The position numbers and the translations under genes are program-made. Shown one piece after another: positions 37,078-48,244 of a stretch of 64,000 nucleotides of DNA; the stretch's first letter is position 1, and every line of letters begins with the position of its first letter. A model generated the notes under the pieces. That model searched no databases, was not told where the DNA came from, and saw only the letters and a program-made list of their open reading frames with translations. The DNA is from Azolla caroliniana (lineage: Eukaryota > Plantae > Polypodiophyta), in assembly GCA_043228905.1 (NCBI GenBank), contig JBHGNT010000004.1, forward strand, positions 3,844,001 to 3,908,000, read 5' to 3'.

Positions 37078-39200
37078 GATGTTGTAAGGGAAAGAAGAGT
37101 GATTGTTTGCTACACATGTAGTGTTGCAGGACACATATAGACATGATGTCCTTTGGAGTAATAAAAAAAACACTAACAATAATATTAACCAACTCAACGC
37201 TCAAGTTGGGGGAGGGAAAAGTGCCTCGACTCAAATTCCAATGATTCCCCGTAATGTAAATATTCTTAACTTTATGTCTGATACAAATGAAAAATATGAT
37301 GTTGCGTCTATTAAGAGACCAAGGACATGACAAAAAAATAAAGTGTTGAAATCAGAGTCTAGTAAGTCTCAACAACAGAAGAAGGCTAAGGAGACCAATT
37401 TGGAGGATCGGTCTTGAAAGAAACAATTGTGAAGCAAGTTTAAAATTGATTATATGTCTATGGGGAAGGGCGTGGAATCATTCAGTCTCAAGCAAGAGCA
37501 TATCTATAGTGGATCTCACATCACTTGGCCACAACTTCTTCAATTTTCTCCAAAACCGTGAAAGGAGTAGGGATGTCTATTGAATATACGAAAAGCATAA
37601 TGACATTACATTATGAGGTAGTTATGCAATTGAATCATCGAAAGTGTCACGGACACACCAACTGCAGACTCGGACGGAACACAGATGATGGGGCTACGAG
37701 TGTGGAACTTAAGAAGCTAGGAAGGACACAAGAGCATGAAGACAAAAATGAAGAAGGAGATAACATGGAATGAAATGAGAATACTAGATTGATGTGTCAA
37801 TGACTGGTGTTGAATCCCTTGAAACGGACCAAGAAGGTTATAAGTATTTACACAAGTTCTGAGATTGAATATCTCTAGAATATACACGAGAAATATATCT
37901 AGAATATACCCATCTAGAATATCCCGTACAATATTTCTAGAATATTCTAATTCTGAAATGTACTATATGCTAGACTATATAATAATAAAACATTATATAT
38001 ATACAAATGCATGCTTAGGTCAAAATGGCTGAGCATGACATCGTGTTGATGTGAGGTTGTAGGTTCAATCCTCACTAACTATGTATTTTATGTCATTGTG
38101 TCGTGATAGAAAGGATATTCAACCCACTATTCTGGTAACCATTAAAGGCCTTTTAATTAAGGATGCCTTAGTTGATAGTGGTGGAATGAGTCGTATACCT
38201 AAAGTTGCAAGGATTATGATTTGAATTCCCATTTGTAAAAAGTCCTTTGCCAAAGTAGTTGTAGTTGATGGGGTTCTAGTTCTTTGTTTGAAAGTTATAA
38301 AGGATGTTGTTATTGAATGTTTTGGCATATCTATTTCCATGGATGTTCATGTAATACCTCTTAAAGGGCCATCTTATTCCTAGTATTAAGAAAATCTTGT
38401 ATGCAAGAACGAAATTAATACAAAATTGGAGTAATGGTGTCATGGCCTTATCACAACTTTAGGGGATCAACATCTTTTATGACATGCATCTACAATGAGT
38501 AATCAAAGGTGCAAAGGAGATGGGCTCATCTATGTACAATATTGATGAAGAAGGGGAAAGCATAACAAATGATGAGTTTTTATTAGATTCAGAGGAGAAT
38601 ACATAATACGTGGTGTTAATAGAATCACCCATAGTTAAGTGACAAGATTTATATCGCTTGAGCTCATTTATGGACAAATGCTAGTAATAGCCATGGAAGA
38701 AACATATTAATGGGTGGCAATATTGTATGAGGAAGAGGTGTGTCGCAAGGACCTTCTAGCAACAAGGATGAGGCAACTCAAGAGATGACCAGAGAACTTA
38801 GATTCAATTGGCAATAGAATGGATAACATCTCTAGGGTCAAGAACAAAGGGAGGATCAATAGGATGCATTGACTACATCTGAAGAGGATCAAGGAGGGCG
38901 ATTGGTTGATCATGTACAACAATCTCAACAATTAACAGAGCTTGATGGCAAGTTCATGAGTGATGGTTTGGGCCACATATGTCGATCGAAGAAAATGACA
39001 ATGCCATCTACGACCTCGTTGAATTGGAAAGGACGAGGCTTGCAATAGCAATAGTTGGCAAAAGGGTGAAGATATTCGAGAAGCGGCAGGACCAAGACCT
39101 GAACCTCAAGAGCCTCAAGGAGAAGGAAGGTGATGAAGAGGAGGGTTGCATGAATGATGAAATTGAAGGGAGAGTTGATTTGCCTAGCCATTCTTAACAC
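37078..39200 (+). mobile_element. Old degraded Ty3/gypsy remnant hosting the solo LTRs (protease and integrase tail)
   Basis: DALVDSGG protease motif at ~38162; EGDWLIMY, W.GP and IVGKRVKIF integrase C-terminal motifs at 38890-39090. Confidence 0.6.
37645..38108 (-). mobile_element. Solo LTR (Tcn1-related family)
   Basis: TGTCACG...CGTGATA ends; perfect 5-bp TSD GAAAG (37640-44 and 38109-13). Confidence 0.9.
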
Positions 39201-39919
39201 ATATCGTACGCACCCAACCCCAACATTTGGTTTTTTTGCATACTCCCCCAAGGGCACAATGTCTTGACCCTATGAATTTTGAACATGTAAATACATTTTA
39301 AAATTCTCAATGAAAACTCATTAGTAATTATTAGCTATATGGCACAGAGGGAGTAAACAACAATAACGTTCAAGATATTCCTTTGATAAACTATATAACA
39401 CTCTACACACTATGTTAATGCAGGGATTGTGTTTCTTGCCCATTTGTTTTCAATGGACATTCTCATAAACATATGTGTCTCCAAAAAAACCACCTTCATT
39501 TGAGACTCTTCTTGTTAGTATTCTTCTTATTCTTCTTCTTCTTTATGTTGGTTGTTATATAGGAATAAAAATAATGTGCGGGTTTGGTAGGGTTTGATGT
39601 CGTGATGTGTGTGGTTTCCTTGTACATGAAAACGTAATAGTTAAATGTATCAACAAAGTTCTACTCCACATCAATATCATTAGCCAAAGGATCTGAACCT
39701 TCGTTTAACCTATTGGTTGCAAACAAGGTAAGAGTGGTTGTCAATCATTGTCGAGCCTCTAGTTTCACAACCCTAATCTCGATCATTCTCACACTCACTC
39801 TCTCTTGTGTTAACTCTCTCGCTCTCTCAATGATTACCATAGTTCAGCACATAGTATAGAGAAAAAGTGATCACCACTTCTATTATAAAGAAAGTATACA
39901 ATGCACATACAAGCGGTAG

Positions 39920-40280
39920 TGTTGGACGTGGCCATCAAGATGCAGAACAAACTCAACACTCTTAGAGTTGAAGATCTTCAGATGATACAAAGGAACAAAT
40001 TATGAACACACAACAACTTAATCATAAGACAAGATCAACAAGAAAGATAGAGAGAAGAAATACACTAGAGTAGGCACAAATCGTATGTAATTGTATTATC
40101 ATCTCAGAGTTACAATAGCACAATATACAAAATGAGCAACCTCCAAACTAGGTTACAAAAGTAGTTTAAATACTAACTGACTTAGGGCAACTGCTCTTTC
40201 CACTATTTACATAAATAGCCTAAACCTAGTGTGTCCAATGGGACAGTGTGAATACGTCCATTATACACCCGTATTCAACA
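39920..40280 (-). mobile_element. 3' LTR of a minus-strand LTR element, PPT adjacent
   Basis: TGTTG...CAACA ends; sense PPT GGGGGAG immediately inside (ctccccc 40281-87); no partner LTR identified. Confidence 0.65.
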
Positions 40281-40627
40281 CTCCCCCATAATGGGCGTAT
40301 ACTACAAAAATCTGTAATAAAAGTGAGTAAACAAAGTTACAAATTTATACAAAGTTGTGGGACAAATCAACTTTGTTCGAATTGGAAAAATGTGGGAACA
40401 GAAGGCCAAGTTGGTTAGAGCCGGAAGAGTTGAAGCCAAATATCAAACTATTGATGTTGTCTGTTTGAAACCATCATGAATGTCTGACTCAATCGGATTG
40501 ATTTTCCATTACACCCATCTGGTGCCGAAGGAACCAGAACTTGTCCACCGAAAGACACTTGGTCATCCCATCAGCGACATTATCGGTTGTAGATATCTTC
40601 TCGAGGCCGATTTTCCCTGAAATGACG

Positions 40628-40658
<31 letters not shown>

Positions 40659-42070
40659 GGCCTTGAACATGAGCATGTCGTTAGGCCCATTATATTCATG
40701 ACAAGGATGATCTTTGTTTGGAGCAAGGCAATGCCGATGAGGAATAAGATGGGGATGGGCTTGGGAAAGAGACCATTGGCATTGTGAAGGTCTTTAAATA
40801 ATATTTGTTGGTGATTTCCCACTGAGAATTTATTTGTGGTTGTAAATGCCCTATAGCCTGCTTTGCTTATTCTAAAATGACTCAAGGTGTATGGGGTCTA
40901 TAAAGAACTTTGTTAGGTATGAAGTCATGTCTGCATACACTACTAATGCTCAAGCTATGTGTGGTGATATGCATTTGATTGGCTCTTGGCAAGGTTTTCC
41001 GGTTGGCACTATCGTGAAAATAATGTGTGCGAGTGTGAATTGTGAGGGGGACAAATTTCCTCACGTGAGCATCACACATCGTGAAATCTCTCTTCATGCT
41101 CATATGGCAATGACCTATTTGTTGGAGTTAGGAGCCTAGGGCACGACTCTTTTAGGTGTTTTTTTAGTTCATGTTTGGTCATTCATAAGACACTTAGCTA
41201 CACTAATCTCCTTTCCTAACTCTATCGCCCTTTGGTGTGAGCTTGCAAAGATTATCTTTGTTCAGTCTTTCTCTACCTCTGCTTTAGCTATGAGATTGAC
41301 CTATTTAGCTGAGTTTTCCTATTTGATTTTGGAGTGTGTTGGCTTCTATTCTTGCATGTTTTGTTGTCTACGTCTCAAACCATAGTGTCCAGTTCTTTTT
41401 GTAATCATGTAATCTCCTCGTCGTGCAATGTTTCAACTTGTTAGAAGTCCTCTTTAATTAGATGAACATAGCTAAAATTTCCATTTTGCATTAGGTCAGC
41501 TTGTTCTACCTCTATTTACCATTATCGCCTAGTGTTGTGGAGGTTTCCTCCAATTGTTGACATACAACTTACCCTTCTTCGTAAAATTGCTCCACCTCAA
41601 CCAAGCAGGTTCTTAAAGTCTTGCATATCTTTGTTTGGATGTGATACACCTAAGCTTGTTTGGCAAGCTCTTCTTGGGCAATTGTTAGTTGGACAATGAG
41701 GCCAGAGTTATTTTTCATCGGTATCTGCACCTACTTGTGATTTTTAAGGTTATCACTAGAGAGCACATTCAAGCATTGGTAAAGTATGAACATTAACTGG
41801 ATTCTGGAGCATGTCCTAAAAGCTCGAGAGAAAGGGCTATGGGAATGTGAAGGACTCCTTTTGTTGAAAAAGAAAGTATTGATTGTCTATTTTTTAGGCA
41901 CTCGAGGGAGACTAATCTCTCCTAGAGAACATGTGTGGGAAGTATTCGTTTGTTATAATCCCAAAGTCTTTAAGGTTTTGACCATTTTGTGTAACCATTA
42001 GGATGGTCTAAAAACACTAGAGTACAGGAAGGAAACACTAGTGTCAAAGCATTCTTTGGGAACCACATCT

Positions 42071-42364
42071 TGTTCGAGCACATTCAAGCGTTGGTAAAGT
42101 ATGAACATTATCTGTCCGAGCACATTCAAGCATTGGTAAAGTATGAACATTATCTGTCCGAGCACATTCAAGCGTTGGTAAAGTATGAACATTATCTGTT
42201 CGAGCACATTCAAGCATTGGTGAAGTATGAACATTATCTGTTCGAGCACATTCAAGCGTTGGTAAAGTATGAACATTACCTGATCGAGCAAATTCAAGCG
42301 TTGGTGAAGTATGAACATTATCTATTCAACCACATTCAACCATTGGTAAAGTATGAACATTATC
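42071..42364. repeat. 42-bp minisatellite, 7 copies, plus an orphan copy at 41761-41794
   Basis: Unit ttcgagcacattcaagcgttggtaaagtatgaacattatctg at 42-bp period. Confidence 0.95.
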
Positions 42365-44439
42365 CACAGCATGTCCTAAATGGTGTCTGGGTTAACTTGA
42401 AGTGTGGATGGGGTGTTTGTATCCTTGTTGTTGGGGGGTTTTGGTTCTAGTGGTTGTTATATGAGAGAGTACCTCGATCATTATTCTGTCAAGTGTGGGG
42501 TTTTGATGGCACTATATCTTTGTGGTTCTCCGAATTGCTTCATACTCCGGTGATTGATGTATATCTTGTTATCTTTGATCCAGGAATGGTTGCGGGTTTT
42601 TGGGTTGTAGCAAGTGATTCGGTGTTACTTGTGTTGAGCTCCCACCATTGTCTTCTGAAAGAACCACTTCTAGTTGTGTGTTGGAGGTGTGTTGAGTTCT
42701 CATATTTGTTAGGGGGAGTCCCATGGGTGGTCATCTCCATGGATCTAGTAAAGAGAATTCTAAGGTGCAACTATGTAAATGTGTTTTCTATGGTGTTAAT
42801 GAAGGTAGACCAGTGAATGTAATAGTAAGGATACATGCTTCATGGTCTTTGATGGGCCCGACTACGATCAACAACTACGCCGCCTCTTGTTGATGTTGGG
42901 CACTTGTGCCACTTCGAGCTTCCTTTCTTAACTAGTGAACTAAACCGACTTTTGACTTCTTTCCTCTATGCTCAACCAACATTGAAGGAGAAGGTCCCAA
43001 CACAGAAAACAAAAGATGATGAAGGAGAGGTGGTTCAAACTCCACTCTCACACTCAACTATCACCCTAACCTTAATACCCAAAATAAGAAGAAAAAGAAA
43101 CTTAGAAAACGGTTTGGTCCCAACCCAAAATGAGCAAACCCGAAATAAACCCTCATCTCCTCTTTTTATAGATTCAAAAGAGGCGCCCACCTGCTATATT
43201 AAATGTTCACCTACCCCTTTCCGATGAAAAGCCAAACTGTTATTTCTTTAATACACCATGGCGACTTAAACTATCTACCCTTTGCCCCACAATTTATTGC
43301 CTCAACAATTGTCTAAAAACCTTTCCTTTTTATAATATCATTTTTATATTTACATATACACACTTCTATGGTTGTCCTCTTTCCCCTTCTTTCTCTATTT
43401 TCTACCTTTGGAACCACCACATCACGAACTATATGAAAGAAATATTAAAAAATAAAAAACATTGTTAAAAATGTCTCATAACCATATTGAATGTGACAAG
43501 CCAGCTTAACCTTATAAAAGCACAATAGCCATTACAAGACCCCTTAATCTCATGGATTCAAGTGGAAGGAAACCCAATGTCCAATGTGGTGCTTCTCCCT
43601 CCCACTTTGAAGATGGGTCTACGAAAGGATCGACATAGACAATATTTATTTTACAATGTACAAATTGTGTCAACATCAGCTTTATATCATAGTTTTCACC
43701 ATCTTGCTTATGGGCACACAATGTGTCACGGGCATGACCATATAATATCCCGTGGTGAGAATTTACCGTAGTATTCTATACACGTGGATAAGTGTGAGGG
43801 TTAAACGAGAGTGTAAAGAAGGGGAGGATTACTTTTAATCCTCGGGATTGAGACAACCCATTAGGCCAAGTGTGAACTTGCCTGGGGGCCTTGGGTATCG
43901 CTATAAATAAGAGGCCTAGCTACCCTCATTTCATCATCTTGTTGACTACGTCGAGACTCTGTCTAATGGCGGGTCAACTCTTGTAGCGAGCGCGCCAGCA
44001 CCAGGTACGACTCGACGCCACGGCAGTGGTATGGGACGCCGATCGAGGCTCAAGTCCGTCTCGATCCCTTCGCTCGGGGGTGGTCGAGTGCATCGAGACC
44101 CTTCTTTCTCTCTCTCCTTTCTATCCATCTATCTATATTCTATCCTTATCTAATGCTTACATTAGTTCATGTCTCTAACAATTTGTTTTAGAGCCTATGT
44201 TCTAATGTTTCTTTTTGTTGGTTTTGTCTTCTTGATGGATGGTGATCGATCAATGTGCAGTCGACCTTGTTCCAAACAGCAATCAACAAAGGAATTTCGG
44301 TAATCTTTCTTGTTTTTTTCTATTCTTTCTTCTCCCAATTTAATCATGTGTATGGTTAATATGTAATTTATATATATATATATATATTCAATGATGTTGA
44401 AGTGGTAATTAATTGGTTGTATAAAACGTTTACATATGT

Positions 44440-44690
44440 GTATGAGGTCAATACCTCATTTGACATATATTGAATATGTGATCAGTGTCGTATACGCACG
44501 AGGTTAATACCTCAATTGTGTATTACGCTCACATACATATGTTACGTATGCATATGAGGTCAATACCTCGATTTCGTTGTAAATGATATGCGTTTTGTGT
44601 CGTATGCGTATGAGGTCAATACCTCAATTGCGTATTACGATTAACCCTTATTTTTGGATGTTTCGTGTGAGTAGAGGCTACATGCCTCGA
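44440..44690 (+). repeat. Array of five short hairpins (GAGGT-N4-ACCTC) at 56-bp period in the leader of element 3
   Basis: GAGG at 44444, 44500, 44556, 44612, 44674. Confidence 0.85.
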
Positions 44691-47454
44691 TTACGTGTCT
44701 CGATTTCATCATATGTTGGCTATTTGATGTTACGAATTTTTTTAATATACGCATATGTGGTCACGTGTATACGTATTTGATTGTATATATGTGATAAATA
44801 AACATATGTGTATATTTGATATTACGTGATCTTTATATCAAATGATTTCCTTTTCGGGGAAAGGATCTTGGTGCCGTCCTCACATTTTTGTGAGAATGGC
44901 GTTGTCACCATCCCTTTTTTCAACGATTTTTTATTGTTGACATTCCCGTTGGTGACTTCGATTTTATTACGTAAAGAAATGCCTATAGGCACAATGATGT
45001 TGAGAACGTAGGGCTTGACCCACTTCATATGAGGTCGCTCCTATGACACACATATCCAACATCCCTCCCTTGTTACATGGATACGATGCCACCATGAGAT
45101 CATTCTTACGAGAGGCATTTGTAATGACGTAACCATGTGATGGACCACGTGGGCCTACTACGAAAAGAGGGCTCTTTTGGCTTGACCATTAGGTTGCACT
45201 TTGGCATATGCCATCATAATTACGAGACTTGAGGTTAGGTAATGTACCAACATATTTTGTAGTAAACGAGGGGGAAATAAGGACTCTTGACATATATGTA
45301 TCTTTTAAAAAAACATATATGGGCAAATGCCTTGCATATCTCTTATATGCATGAAATTGAATTAAACATTCAAGAAGAGCAACCTACTTGGTTGGCTCAA
45401 GTGTTTAGTGCATTTGTTCTCGAGGTCTCGAGTTCAAATATGACCAAGACCATATAACATCGTTGATACATATCACTATAACAAATATTTAGACTTGAGG
45501 TCTAAGTGCATTTCGGGGTCCTCATAATAGGACTTGAAGAGCCAAAACCACATATGGGGGCACCGAAACATAGTTTATTGTTAACATTTTTTTCGTGTAT
45601 AAACTATTCATGATGCGAACATACATGGTTGAGCCTCTGGGAGCCGCCATAAAAAAATCGATATAGAGATAAGGGAAAGACATTAATTTGTCACCCCCAT
45701 GGATTTTAAAACACCTTTGTGTTACCATAGTAACCTGATCTTGAACCTCATCTCATACGTCTAGAGGGGTATTGACGTGAGATCATGATATGTTTACATC
45801 ACGACATGATGTTATGACTATTTGTCTGACCTTATCATATTTCTTTGCCAGAAATAACCATTCAATGGCTCAAAATAACAACCCAATGTCATACGCTCAA
45901 GCAGAAGGAACTTAAGGAAATCCTCTTGGACAAATGTCCATTGAAAGGTATTTTTCGCAAATAACCCAATACCTTAGTTTCACCGCTCAACAGATGACCG
46001 AACTTCGGCAATCTCAAAGTGCTCTCGAGGCACGTGTCATTAGTTTACAACATGAGACTAATAGACCTGATGAGCGATAGGGTGAACCATCGTTTGTCAT
46101 TAAGCCATTTACGGGAGAAAAAAAGGAAAGAACCGAAGAAGCAATCTACACGTGGTTGGGCCGATGGGAGTCTCATTTTGAGCTCTATCCCACGCCAAAT
46201 AATACGAAGATTGCATATGTCAGCCAAGAACTAGGGGGTAAGGCCGCCACTTGGTGGCGTGGGCTCCATACTTTGGGCAAATTGCCCGATACCTAGACAG
46301 ATTTTGTCACAGTTTTTAAGGGCCAATTTCTACAACCTCCCTCTCGAACCGAGGTAGCTCAAGCTTTAATGAACCTCTCTAGCAGGAAGTTTTCCTCGCT
46401 AGAAGACTATGTCCACCATGCTAGAACCCAAATCCAAAAATCAGGTCTAGAAGGGGATAATTGGTTGATAGTTTGTTTTGTCAATGGCATCCCCAATTCG
46501 GACTATCACTGGATAATGCACAATAAGGATCCAAAATCCTTCGAAGAGGCCGTTGAAATAGTTCTTCGCTATCAACGCACTTTGAAGAAGGACCACAACA
46601 AACCCAACGAAGCGCCCGAGACTAAGCAGTTGCAAGTCGCTGGGAAACGCAAGACACCCAACGAATTCATGGATCGCGATTGTAAGCGACAACATCCTTT
46701 TTGTGTATTCTGCAAAAAGAAGGGTCATACAAAAGAGCAATGTCGAAAGCTCCAACGAAAAGAGCACGACAGCAAAGCTAAAGCTACAGACCATAAAGGA
46801 CAGATTCCTAATGTCCTTCAGGTCTATACACATCATTTAAGTAATTGTCAATGTTCTTTCCCTCACTATGTATTGGGTCCCAATGATTTACTACGTGCAA
46901 ACGGGTATATCAATGGATCTCCCGTACAATTTTTGTTTGATTCGGGAAGCTCACACAACTTTGTGAATGATCGTTTGGTTCAGATATGGGGAATCCAACC
47001 CACCGTAAGTGATCACACCTATTCGGTGCACTTGGTTTATGGAAGAGTACAATACATCAACGGGGTGATTCATTCAATATCTGAGTTGTCTTGTTCTACT
47101 CTATTTTATTGTGTACTTGATCCGGACATTCACGTTTACAATATCGATAATGTCTCAGTTCAATTAACATATTTTGAACAACAACAACTTGATGAAATCT
47201 TAAATGATTTTCGTGATGTTTTTCCGAGTGAACTACCATATGGGTTACCTCCTAAACATAATATAGACCATCGTATAGATATTGTACCTAGCATTGCACC
47301 AATAAGTATACCTCCTTATCGCTTAAGTCGATCCTAAGAGGATGAGGTATCTAAGCAACTCAAGGACTAGTTACGAATGGGTTATATACGTTATAGTAAA
47401 TCTCCATGGGGTGCACCAGTTCTCTTGATTAAAAATAAATAGGGCACATGGTGT

Positions 47455-48244
47455 TGTCGTAGTGTAGGTTGCACACTATGTGGAAATTATATTTTTGTCC
47501 CTCCGGATAGAGAATGGAGTGCTCGGTGAGAACCGGAAGAAAACGGCATACCGGCAAGGAAGAAAACGGCATACCGGCAAGGAAGAGCCGGATAAAGAGA
47601 CATAAATGTAAAGAAAAAGGAAATACTCACTACTACGCAAGGCGTGATTCGAACTCTGCACCTCCACGTTGACAAACCCCAACCTTACCATTACATTAAC
47701 TTATCTTAAGTGCTTTAAATATAGATTTAATATGTATAAGACCTTTATTTATGCATACCTTTATTAAAAGGTAAATCGTGTATTTTTTTAATATATGAAA
47801 AAGAAAAAAAAAACACGAGACACTAAAAATAACTCATGCACATCTAGCGTGCATGAGCCCTATACTTAGGAAATAAAAAAGCATCACATGCACATTTAAT
47901 GGACATGAACACTTTTTGTAAAAAAAAAAAACATGAAGCCATGCTTAGCTCTTCCTTCCTTATATAAGGAGGAGAGAAATATATAAAGGGTTGTTGATTA
48001 TTTGGATTAAGTATTAATCAATACAAAAATTATTCGTGGGATTCACGATTTATACATCTACTTCTCTCTTAACACCCTAAGTACCAATTAATATAGTATA
48101 CTCGTGTGATTCACGAGTTTCTTATCTTTCTCTTTGCTATTTACTCATAATTAATCTCTATCTCACGAACTTCTTTCTCCTAGTCCAAGACCTCTGTGGT
48201 TCCCACCCGACTCACGCAACGATCCGGAGCCGAAAGGCACGACA
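47455..48244 (+). mobile_element. Solo LTR (790 bp) inserted in the RT of element 3
   Basis: TGTCGT...ACGACA inverted ends; flanks GTGT/GCGT (4-bp TSD, 1 transition); host reads GTW|RMCINYR across it. Confidence 0.88.

Noticed and set aside
40580-40885. Poly-Q ORF, and the poly-M/poly-I ORFs at 63492-63857
   Set aside because: Products of (TTG)n and (GAT)n microsatellites, with no recognisable protein motifs.
42071-42364. 42-bp repeat as a CRISPR array or as a repeat-protein gene
   Set aside because: Units are head-to-tail with no unique spacers, there are no cas genes, and the context is eukaryotic TE DNA. The ORFs arise because the unit length is a multiple of 3.
44440-44690. Palindrome-plus-spacer array as CRISPR-like
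   Set aside because: The repeat is only ~14-16 bp, alternate spacers are homologous to each other, and it lies inside an LTR-element leader. Kept as a hairpin-array finding instead.
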